Of a DNA stretch of 64,000 nt, positions 37,901 to 48,483 are shown in pieces. The first letter of the stretch is position 1, and each line of letters begins with the position of its first letter. The DNA comes from Alphaproteobacteria bacterium. Lineage in GTDB: Bacteria > Pseudomonadota > Alphaproteobacteria > CAAHEQ01 > UBA3637. The translations under genes were made by a program, and so were the position numbers. The DNA lies in assembly GCA_017958225.1 (NCBI GenBank), contig JAGDDD010000003.1:8752-72751 (forward strand), in the 5' to 3' direction. The notes under the pieces were generated by a model that was not told where the DNA came from, did no database searches, and was given only the letters and a program-made list of their open reading frames with translations.

Positions 37901-39271
37901 ATGGGGTCGGGGACTGCCTGGTGCGAAGCCTTTGGCCTGACGTTGGCAACAAAAGCACAATTAGGCAATCCGACATACGGTTGGGATGTTTATGCCGTGA
38001 ATTGTGAGCAAGACGAACAAGGTAACAATATCGGTTGTCCCATTGTTCATGCCTTGGGCAGTTTGTATAGCTATACCCATGTGATTAATCATCATCCTAA
38101 TAGTAGTTGGCACAGTTGGATGATATTGTATGCCAATGGGCGAATTCGTTACGATTTCAGTGAAACAACAGGTTATTCAACACATGCTTTATGTTATCGC
38201 GAAAGCGGAGATTCAGCTGGGGCAGGCTGTTTGACGCATGCCGATTGCGGCTCGGGCTTGTTCTGTAAGTATCCTACCCCATCAGATAACTGTTCGGAAA
38301 TTCCGGATGTTTCCGGAACCTGCAGCCCGATTGGGTCTCGTGAGGAACATAAAATCCCGGGTTGGGGCACCCTTTACAGAAGTAAAAACACGATGAATTA
38401 TTGGTCGGCCAAAGATTGGTGTGCTGCCCAAGGCGATAGTTTGGCCGATTTGGAAGGCAATCCTATGCAGTGTTATCGTTCCGGATATGGTTATTCTTCG
38501 GGCACATGGTCGGGTTATTGTTGCCGGTCAAGTGCCAGTTGCACAACGGCAGCAGATACACAAAGTCCCATTATGCAGGAAATGCGTCGCGCTTTTTCAT
38601 CTGCCGGTTCAACGGCCTTTTGGTCGGCCAGAAAACTTTCGGCTACCTCTTGTCAGCAATGGATGCCCCGTATGTCAGACGGTTATATGTGCACGACTTA
38701 TGTCCGAACGAACAATTATTACGCCTTATGTATGAAAGAACGAGATAGCACTTGCCAAACGCACAATGATTGTGCCTCGGGTCAGTATTGTCGTTATGAA
38801 ACCCCGGCAGAGGCTTGTTCCAGAACAACACCCAGCGTAGGTCATTGTCGAGATATTGAAGAAAAACTTGTCCGAACCGTGAACGAATTGGGCCGCGTTA
38901 CTCGTGGGTGGGTGGCTATGAATTATTGGTCGGCTAAAGATTGGTGTGAAGCCCAAGGTTTGCGCTTGCTGACGGGAACTGAATTACAATGTCGCGGATA
39001 CAACACGAACGATTTGCTGGATTTAAGCAATCAGGCAACCGGTTATTGCCGAAAGCCAAAAACAACATATGGAACATTGGATCATTTAAGTGTGCCGGCG
39101 CGCGGCCTGTTGACATCGGAAACAGGGTTTGGCGGACTAGGGTCTGACCAATATGTCATGTGGACAAGCACACAGTATGACCTATGTAACAATTACGGTC
39201 TTAATGGTAGCGGACAAATGGTGGCCAAAGAGTTGAGCAGTCCGCAATATCCAACCTGTGTGGCACCATAA
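34958..39271 (+). CDS. giant (1,437 aa) cysteine-rich modular protein with a type IV pilin-like N-terminus and five DUF1566/C-type-lectin-like modules
   Basis: The N-terminus is MKILKTQLG/SMILEQLAILALAGVMTVGG, with Gly, Glu at +5 and a hydrophobic helix. I counted about 117 Cys by hand. There are repeated Cys-rich units (C..PY[FWH][ND]G..CV.C..D..C..G..C, and C.[PQ]C.ANTY.S...C..C..GSTA). Five modules show W-x2-A-x2-[FIW]C...[AT][LI]C[YMR][RMK]. A single uninterrupted ORF has promoter and SD signals. Confidence 0.85.
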   Translation: MKILKTQLGSMILEQLAILALAGVMTVGGVYIYSEVSARFQADSIKSEALLRATSILSSSRFSKADVGDTILASEFKRPATPVSFTQKKHSEALIVVSASQMRKKVCEKLRDAPMDKDLLSIYINCPNQEVSNCRSVAQGGGTCQDNHNNTVSFLIGKLKGRTIGDQPNDQCPDEDRPLCYTVESYTYTPEGGEPITCYHYEEKCVAPSVCRPNNTCGCDEGYRWDAEQGCVESGCSAPTPYHNGSGCVQCLEDADCPSGSGQVCQSNGFCAPGCAMDFSEPCASCSNPQTPYFNGGSCVCHEDSCGVGYVCSGGRCVEKCDSKCEAYLNSHTDSCCQGYFCDTGTSTSMIGKSSEAGTCNPVRYNISGHWACSKTGNMNWYDAQAFCNKLDAQVPNAGLVHDNLEAARTACGDLASVWLSETGISDKLGWYADLGGDATARVQTLSASSAAMHALCYREAEDPYAECLEGAPCEDGRTCINGLCNCAVNAYWDGNGCVECPVGWNPIYTNGHYTCGCADNTKCCGVGEKVVVDVGSGDTSCEPCALGFEPDSAKTACQACNANFTQTCATCTDPEKPYWDGSQCVKSVNCTGDDECTGNEVCVTASGKCSSCLSGTWRNSDCGGSPCTSGQHCALTGLNKWGWMTGLYCSGEGAGSGGGRSVDVVIGSKQYTYTYYNKGRHSWFESYNICEAIGGSIPSASEISQNYQAIAQALGTVAYVWSGDAFFNESDQICKAQIVSLNTGDTSTAGATGSYLTICRMAKAHEECKYSGEYCRTSGDCCTGSVCMSQLCEPCPANTYRSDNQCLMCVEGSTALEGSDECTCAAGSVWDKGTNTCAQCEANTYQSGQECLPCENGSTAVAGSTKCACADGYYWDEEENACYQCTNENAADKCTGVRCTTQEHCGGVGSNMFCDNASKSSNRVRYGYCAATGTLAVPSYSSSRDQTAVNNGIGPALLGSKAAADAILGGHFVVSADKMKMGSGTAWCEAFGLTLATKAQLGNPTYGWDVYAVNCEQDEQGNNIGCPIVHALGSLYSYTHVINHHPNSSWHSWMILYANGRIRYDFSETTGYSTHALCYRESGDSAGAGCLTHADCGSGLFCKYPTPSDNCSEIPDVSGTCSPIGSREEHKIPGWGTLYRSKNTMNYWSAKDWCAAQGDSLADLEGNPMQCYRSGYGYSSGTWSGYCCRSSASCTTAADTQSPIMQEMRRAFSSAGSTAFWSARKLSATSCQQWMPRMSDGYMCTTYVRTNNYYALCMKERDSTCQTHNDCASGQYCRYETPAEACSRTTPSVGHCRDIEEKLVRTVNELGRVTRGWVAMNYWSAKDWCEAQGLRLLTGTELQCRGYNTNDLLDLSNQATGYCRKPKTTYGTLDHLSVPARGLLTSETGFGGLGSDQYVMWTSTQYDLCNNYGLNGSGQMVAKELSSPQYPTCVAP
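38225..39268 (+). repeat. tandem duplication of a module of about 175 codons inside the giant gene
   Basis: Both units follow the pattern C.TH.DC.SG..C.Y.TP...CS......G.C, about 25 aa, then MNYWSAKDWC[AE]AQG. The nt segments 38393-38434 and 38918-38959 match at 38 of 42 positions and lie 525 nt apart. Confidence 0.6.
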
Positions 39272-39280
39272 AAGGAATAA

Positions 39281-40024
39281 ATGATGAAGAAAATACTTTG
39301 TTTGTTGTTGGTTTTGAGTTTGTGTTCGTGTGCGGCTAAGCGTGAAAAAATCGCCGATCAAAGCGCCGAGCAACTTTACAATACCGCCTACAACTATGCC
39401 GAAGAGGGCGATTACAAAAAAGCCGCCACCTATTTTGACGAGGTGGAACGCCAACACCCGTATTCGCCTTGGGCCACGCGCGCGCAGATTATGGAAGCTT
39501 ATACCTATTACGAACATAACCGCTATAGCGACGCGGTCAATACCTTGGATCGCTTTTTGTCGTTGCATCCCGGGCACAAAGATGCCCCCTATGCCCTGTA
39601 TCTGAAAGGGATGTGCTATTATGAGCAAATCTCTGACGTGCAGCGCGATCAAGATATGTCTGCGCAAGCCGAAACCACTTTTCACCGCCTGATTATGCTG
39701 TATCCGGAAACGGACTATGCCAAAGACGCGCTCAACAAGTTGCGCCTGACCCGCAACAATATCGCCGGCAAGGAAATGCAAATCGGGCGCTATTATCAGC
39801 AACGGGGGCGTTACGGTGCGGCACTCAATCGCTTTTCCGATGTCGTGCGTAATTATCAGACCTCTATGCATATTCAAGAGGCGTTGTATCGCTTGACCGA
39901 GTGCTATATCGCGTTGGGTATGTTGCCCGAAGCCAAGCGCGCGGCGGCAGTGTTGGGGCATAACTATCCGTCGTCTGAGTGGTATGCCAAAGCCTATGCG
40001 CTGTGTAAGGCGCACGGAGTATAG
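39281..40024 (+). CDS. bamD: outer membrane protein assembly factor BamD
   Basis: 247 aa with the lipobox LSLCSC. The TPR-like repeats are typical of BamD/YfiO (LYNTAYNYAEEGDYKKAATYFDEV, YALYLKGMCYYEQ). It starts 9 nt after the giant gene. Confidence 0.88.
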   Translation: MMKKILCLLLVLSLCSCAAKREKIADQSAEQLYNTAYNYAEEGDYKKAATYFDEVERQHPYSPWATRAQIMEAYTYYEHNRYSDAVNTLDRFLSLHPGHKDAPYALYLKGMCYYEQISDVQRDQDMSAQAETTFHRLIMLYPETDYAKDALNKLRLTRNNIAGKEMQIGRYYQQRGRYGAALNRFSDVVRNYQTSMHIQEALYRLTECYIALGMLPEAKRAAAVLGHNYPSSEWYAKAYALCKAHGV

Positions 40025-40028
40025 CCGG

Positions 40029-43750
<3,722 letters not shown>

Positions 43751-43797
43751 AAAGATGTTACAATGCGAGAACAGGACTAAATAGGGGCAGTAAATAA

Positions 43798-46545
43798 ATG
43801 GACGAACAACAAAAGAACGAATCTTCCCTGGACGCGCAAAACCGCGATACAAACTTGGGAGCCTTTAGCCAGAGCGGCGCACAAACGAACGCTCCGCGGG
43901 GCTTGTTGTCCGAGGATGACTTGTTGGATAAGCCCAAATCCACCTTGATGGAATTGATCGTTGAAAACGAATCGGGTGGCGAGCAGGCTCAGCCTGTGGA
44001 AATCAAGAAAAGATTTGATGTGGCCGAAGAAATTGCCAAATTGCAGTTGCGTGACAAATATTACGCGTTCTTGGGCTTTTTTGATAATAACCCCTATATC
44101 ATGAACACCATCAACTCCATATGGGCAGTGGGTATGGTTACCATTTGCACCATTGGTATGTTGTTTGCCGTGTTGGCGTTTGTAACCTGGTTTGCTTTTA
44201 CGCCGATTGTGCGCGGTTACCTGTATCGTCAGGGTATTGAGGGCGTGACTTTTACCACGGCCGAACACACCTTGGATCGCATTGTTTTGACCAATGTGCG
44301 TGATCGTAACGACCTGTTTTCCATTAAATCTTTGCGCCTGCAATATGATTTGGCCCGCATTTTAAAGCGTGAAATTACGGTGGCCTCTGTCGAAGGGTTG
44401 GTCATTTCGTTAGATAAAGACAGCGAAAAGACCTTTAACCTACCTGATTTTACACGCTTTTTAACCATGACAAGCATTTTGAATCGTGTGTTGCGTATTC
44501 AAACTTTGGACATCAGCGATTCGCAAATCTTAATCGGTAAAAAGAAAATACCATTACATTTTTCGGGTATTGCCTCTATACAAAAAGCCAACAACTTGGC
44601 GTTTAAGAACGCGTATATCAACGCGCCGAAAGCCTCTTTAGATTCTTCGACAAACGAGTGGCGCTTGTCGCTGACGGATACGGAATTGACGTTCCCGGAA
44701 TATCCGGCGGTCAAAGTGTCCGGCTCTTTGACCTTGCGTTCGCGCAGCAAAACCGAGGCCGAGTTGGAAGCCAATTTCACAACACAAGGCGCACATCCGG
44801 AGAAAAATATTGACTTGGTCATTTCACCGAATCGCAATGGGCGTATAGATATCAAATCTGTGGTGGCCTTTTTGGAACCAGCCTATGAAAAATCGCCGAC
44901 CATTTTGGAAATGACCTTCCAAGATTTAGAGTTTGATCAAAACTTCAGCGCTTTGCGCACCAATCAACCCATCGACATTAAAGTGCGTAACTTCCGCTCT
45001 GACCTGTTTAATGCGGACAGTGTCCAAGGGCAGTTGGTCGGTAACTTGGCTTGTCAGGACAATGCCTGTCAGTATCGGTTGCTCAAGCCCGCAGCGGTCA
45101 CTGTGTTTGCACCGAAAAAGCAAATCGGAGATGTGTTGATTCATGCTACATATCCGGTCAAACTGACCTTGTTGTTGGGCAATGATAACCTGATGGATTT
45201 GACGCCTTCTCACTTGGTCTTTAAAGCGCAGATTAAAAAAGATTCGTTCTCGCTGAACAAATTGTTGCCCGATTCAACATTGATTCCGATTGCGTTAAAG
45301 ACTGATGATATTTATTTAGAGGCGGACGCCAATTTATCTACGCGTGAGGAAACTTTCTTTATTTCTTCGCCTAAAACGAATTATTCGGACAACGCCTTAC
45401 AGATTAAAGACGGTGATATCAATATAGAAACGCGCCAACAGGCAACGACTATGTCCATTGTGTCGCCGCAAGTGCAGTTGTTAAACAATGATTTGCTCAA
45501 AGTGCCTGTGGCGCTGAACATGCAATTTACCTCTTCGTCCTTTAAGGGTGAGTTGGAAACGTTGGATAAGCAAGTGCGCCTGCGCGGTTATGGTAACTTT
45601 GATGTGAAAACCGGCGAGTTTTCGACCTTCCTGGCCAGTAACTTGATTGCGTTTAGCAAGCGGACAAAACAGCCACAAGAATTGTCCTCTGTCTTTGACA
45701 AAACGATTCGTAACCTGGACGGTAAAGTGCAGATTTATGGTAAGATTCACTTCAAGCACTCACGCAACATCAGCGGTCCTTTGAAAATTTTGCTGGACAG
45801 GGTGTCTTTTGATTACGGCGATATCAATGTCCAAAAGATGAGTTCTGTGCTCAATGTCCAATCGTTTGTGCCTTTCAGCACCGATATCGATCAGCGCGTG
45901 TTTATTCAAACTTTGAACGCGACCTTGCCGTTTGAGGGCGTGGATATGATTTTCCACGTCAATTCCAAAAAACAGCAGATGAATATTTCCAAACTGCACG
46001 CGTCTGTGGCGGGTGTGCCGCTGCGTATTTCGCCGATGTGGGTCAATTTCCCGTCAGCGTCGTATCCTTTCACATTTAAGGTGCCCAACCTGGATTTAGA
46101 GACGATAGCGCTCAATGTGCCTGATTTGGCCTTGTCGGGCAAAGGTACTTTGACTTTGTCGTTGGCTGAAGAAGGGCACCGTATTGCCTTGAAAACTTTG
46201 GAGTGGGTGTCGTCAGAGCCGGGTTTATTGTCCTATACACCGCCTGATGCGCAGAAAAAGAATTATAAGTCTTTGAGCAACCTGGCGTTCAGAAAAGCCT
46301 CATTTATGCTGACAGAGTTGGACAACCATACCTTTGATTTCTTGATGTTGGCGCAGACCAAGACGATTAAAACGCCGAACACCACCTTGAAAATCAAGAT
46401 TGCGCCTCCGTTGAGCCGCTTTATTACCATGGGTAAGAAACGGGCTGTTCCGTCAAGCATTGTGGAGCAGCAAGCCGAGTTCCAGTCCGTCGTCCAGAAC
46501 ACAGATGTGTTGGCGTGGGCTTCCGAACGCAAACAAAATCAATAA
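43798..46545 (+). CDS. large N-terminally anchored beta-rich envelope protein (AsmA-like clan, YdbH-like by size and architecture)
   Basis: 915 aa. It has a disordered N-terminus, one TM helix (IWAVGMVTICTIGMLFAVLAFVTWFAF), then about 750 aa of amphipathic beta-strand-like sequence. The family assignment is by architecture only. Confidence 0.55.
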   Translation: MDEQQKNESSLDAQNRDTNLGAFSQSGAQTNAPRGLLSEDDLLDKPKSTLMELIVENESGGEQAQPVEIKKRFDVAEEIAKLQLRDKYYAFLGFFDNNPYIMNTINSIWAVGMVTICTIGMLFAVLAFVTWFAFTPIVRGYLYRQGIEGVTFTTAEHTLDRIVLTNVRDRNDLFSIKSLRLQYDLARILKREITVASVEGLVISLDKDSEKTFNLPDFTRFLTMTSILNRVLRIQTLDISDSQILIGKKKIPLHFSGIASIQKANNLAFKNAYINAPKASLDSSTNEWRLSLTDTELTFPEYPAVKVSGSLTLRSRSKTEAELEANFTTQGAHPEKNIDLVISPNRNGRIDIKSVVAFLEPAYEKSPTILEMTFQDLEFDQNFSALRTNQPIDIKVRNFRSDLFNADSVQGQLVGNLACQDNACQYRLLKPAAVTVFAPKKQIGDVLIHATYPVKLTLLLGNDNLMDLTPSHLVFKAQIKKDSFSLNKLLPDSTLIPIALKTDDIYLEADANLSTREETFFISSPKTNYSDNALQIKDGDINIETRQQATTMSIVSPQVQLLNNDLLKVPVALNMQFTSSSFKGELETLDKQVRLRGYGNFDVKTGEFSTFLASNLIAFSKRTKQPQELSSVFDKTIRNLDGKVQIYGKIHFKHSRNISGPLKILLDRVSFDYGDINVQKMSSVLNVQSFVPFSTDIDQRVFIQTLNATLPFEGVDMIFHVNSKKQQMNISKLHASVAGVPLRISPMWVNFPSASYPFTFKVPNLDLETIALNVPDLALSGKGTLTLSLAEEGHRIALKTLEWVSSEPGLLSYTPPDAQKKNYKSLSNLAFRKASFMLTELDNHTFDFLMLAQTKTIKTPNTTLKIKIAPPLSRFITMGKKRAVPSSIVEQQAEFQSVVQNTDVLAWASERKQNQ

Positions 46546-46554
46546 GAGATTTTT

Positions 46555-46986
46555 TTATTTCTTCCAACGACCCGCAGAATCTTGGGTCCAGAGGAAAGTG
46601 GTATGGCCGGCTTTTTCAGCCTCTTCTTTTAGTTGTTGCGCTTTTGCCTGTGCGCCGGTGCTTTGTATCGGGAAAACATAGGCGATGCGCTCAAACGCTT
46701 CGTCGGTGGGCAGGGTATCGGCCTGGACAAGCACCAAACATTGCGCGTTATTCGGGTTGCCTTCGTGTGCGGTCAGCGCTATCGGCTGTTTGTCCAAGTT
46801 CCCATCTTTATCGGACCCGTGAGGCAAAAAACTGTGGGCAGGCTCGGTCCATAACAACTGATTGATATCTTCTATGCGATCCGTCGGCAACCAAACGACA
46901 GCACGTTGGCCTTCTTGAAAAATCTTTGTCAGCAGGCCGATGAGTGTTTTTTCAATCGAGACGACGCCATAAAAATCACACCGCAT
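46555..46986 (-). CDS. holC: DNA polymerase III chi subunit
   Basis: 143 aa. MRCDFYGV...LLTKIFQEGQRAVVW...LNQLLWT...SFLPHG matches the chi-subunit pattern. Confidence 0.8.
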   Translation of the reverse strand: MRCDFYGVVSIEKTLIGLLTKIFQEGQRAVVWLPTDRIEDINQLLWTEPAHSFLPHGSDKDGNLDKQPIALTAHEGNPNNAQCLVLVQADTLPTDEAFERIAYVFPIQSTGAQAKAQQLKEEAEKAGHTTFLWTQDSAGRWKK

Positions 46987-46992
46987 GACAAC

Positions 46993-47178
46993 CTACCTGA
47001 TAAAGATAATACAACCCAGCACGAACAGAACTAAGCTAAACAGCCCCCATTGGCGCAAGGTTTGCAGATTCGCATCGGAAATGTTGCGGGTGGCAAAGTT
47101 TTGAACTGCCCGTGGAAAGATAAGATAGACCAGGCCCTCTATCAGAAAAAAGCCCAAAATAAAATGTATAATCAGCAC
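46993..47178 (-). CDS. DUF2065-like small membrane protein
   Basis: 61 aa with two TM helices. The LIEGLVYLIFP...LRQWGL pattern matches my recollection of YjeT/DUF2065. Confidence 0.6.
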   Translation of the reverse strand: MLIIHFILGFFLIEGLVYLIFPRAVQNFATRNISDANLQTLRQWGLFSLVLFVLGCIIFIR

Positions 47179-47225
47179 GTTCGTCGTCCTTTCTGTTCTT
47201 TATAATGTGGCCGAAAATTGTCCGC

Positions 47226-47254
47226 TTGTCAATTGTTGTTTTTTCCATTATAAT
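47226..47254 (+). promoter_or_regulatory. near-consensus sigma70 promoter placing the TSS at the ATG of the next gene (leaderless candidate)
   Basis: TTGTCA (47226-47231), a 17-nt spacer, then TATAAT (47249-47254). The ATG at 47261 begins 7 nt after the -10, and no SD lies between them. Confidence 0.5.
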
Positions 47255-47260
47255 GTCCTT

Positions 47261-48130
47261 ATGGTTAAAGAGAGAAAAAATCCAGAACTGTATTGTCCGG
47301 ACGAGTGCCCGCATTTAGAAACGCCCGCGTTGCGTGATGTGGATTCTATTCCTTTCTTTTGCGAAAAGTTTTCTTGCTTTTTAGGCTTTAATCAGGGCGT
47401 TTTGCGCTGTGATGAGTGTTCCGGTTGTCCGCGCTCTATCAAGGAAACCGGGCTGGCTTTAATCGGCGCTATACGCCATCCTAATATTAGTCCTTTGCAT
47501 ACAAAACAAGCCTTTAATTGTATGAGTGAGGCAGATCAAAAGCGTTATGTAGCTTTGTTGTTAAAACATGGGCCGGCGTTGGGCTTGCCCAAAAGTGCGG
47601 TCAAAAAAGGAACGCCGGAGCAATGGGCCAAGACCTTGACGCAAATGCTTTCCGCTCAGGAAGATGTGACAAAACACGCTCCGTCGCCTGAAGCGGCGAT
47701 TGCCTCTTTTTTAGGTGTGGCGCCCGGCTCTTTGCCTGGTCTGATGACGCGCCAGGTGTGCCAACTGTTGCAAAATCTGCTCGGCATTTTGGATCATACC
47801 GAACATTATTGGATGAACGAAGTGTTAAGCAATCGGGACAGTATGACAAAATTCGTCAAACACTTGAAGGAAATGCCCAAAGGTCGCTCCTTTGTTGCCA
47901 GTGTGCGACGTGAGTTGGAAGAAGCCTTTATGAAAGAAATTGAACGGCAAAAAGCCGTAGAACGTGGCCGGATGCTGGGTATGCAAAAGACGAATTTACA
48001 ACGTCAATTGCAGGATGAAAGGCGCGCTCAACAGCAAAACGAGCAACTGTTGCGCGAAGATCAATTGCGTGAACAACGCGAACAAGAAGCTGTCCGTCTG
48101 TTGAACCGTCAACGGATGCACGAACGTTAA
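47261..48130 (+). CDS. hypothetical protein with an N-terminal Cys cluster and a C-terminal Gln/Arg/Glu-rich coiled coil
   Basis: The ORF track starts at a GTG at 47207. The ATG at 47261 gives MVKERKNPELYCPDECPH...FFCEKFSCF...LRCDECSGCP, with 8 Cys in about 55 aa. The C-terminus is QRQLQDERRAQQQNEQLLREDQLREQREQE. I recognise no family. Confidence 0.55.
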   Translation: MVKERKNPELYCPDECPHLETPALRDVDSIPFFCEKFSCFLGFNQGVLRCDECSGCPRSIKETGLALIGAIRHPNISPLHTKQAFNCMSEADQKRYVALLLKHGPALGLPKSAVKKGTPEQWAKTLTQMLSAQEDVTKHAPSPEAAIASFLGVAPGSLPGLMTRQVCQLLQNLLGILDHTEHYWMNEVLSNRDSMTKFVKHLKEMPKGRSFVASVRRELEEAFMKEIERQKAVERGRMLGMQKTNLQRQLQDERRAQQQNEQLLREDQLREQREQEAVRLLNRQRMHER

Positions 48131-48144
48131 AAAGCGTCGGTAAC

Positions 48145-48354
48145 TTATTCTTTGACAGAAATGTTAATGGCGGAAGTTTTTCCGTTTTCGTCTGTTTTTA
48201 ACTCATACTCAACGGTTTGATTTTCCTGCAAGCCGCGCAAGCCGGACGCTTTTAACGCGGAAATATGCACGAATATATCTTTTTCGCCTTCATCCGGTGT
48301 GATGAAGCCGTATCCGTTTTTAAAGTTAAACCATTTTACTTTACCCGTAGCCAT
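48145..48354 (-). CDS. cspA: cold-shock protein (CspA family)
   Basis: 69 aa. The RNP1 motif is KNGYGFI and the RNP2-like motif is DIFVHIS. Confidence 0.93.
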   Translation of the reverse strand: MATGKVKWFNFKNGYGFITPDEGEKDIFVHISALKASGLRGLQENQTVEYELKTDENGKTSAINISVKE

Positions 48355-48407
48355 TGTATTCTCCTAATCAATGTAAATTGGGACTGTGATACCCAATAAC
48401 TTTTATG

Positions 48408-48435
48408 AGTATAATAGCCTTTTTTAAGAAAGCAA
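48408..48435 (-). promoter_or_regulatory. sigma70-like promoter candidate for cspA
   Basis: The minus strand reads TTGCTT, a 16-nt spacer, then TATACT. The 5' UTR of roughly 45-50 nt ends in AGGAGAA. Confidence 0.45.
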
Positions 48436-48447
48436 GCATTATTTACC

Positions 48448-48476
48448 TTGCTTTTAAAAATAAAAGTTTGTATACT
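48448..48476 (+). promoter_or_regulatory. sigma70-like promoter candidate for parC (leaderless candidate)
   Basis: TTGCTT (48448-48453), a 17-nt spacer, then TATACT (48471-48476). The ATG at 48484 begins 8 nt after the -10, with no SD. Confidence 0.45.
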
Positions 48477-48483
48477 GCTTTTT

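Noticed and set aside
35077-39116. Many 60-180-aa ORFs in other frames and on the other strand inside the giant gene
   Set aside because: They are all nested within one 4.3-kb uninterrupted ORF with internally consistent repeat architecture. They are by-products of Cys/Gly-codon-rich sequence.
39182-40015. 277-aa ORF on the - strand
   Set aside because: It is antisense to bamD and the 3' end of the giant gene. BamD has a lipobox and TPR repeats, whereas this ORF is Arg/Ile/Gly-rich with no motifs.
39984-40028. Longer RecN start (MPKPMRCVRRTEYSR...), and similar 5' extensions for rmuC (28212), parC (48448) and the pilin-like gene (11948)
   Set aside because: The extensions overlap upstream genes or promoters, and most use non-ATG starts. 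They also add residues absent from the conserved N-termini. Internal ATGs fit the family N-termini and the SD or leaderless signals better.
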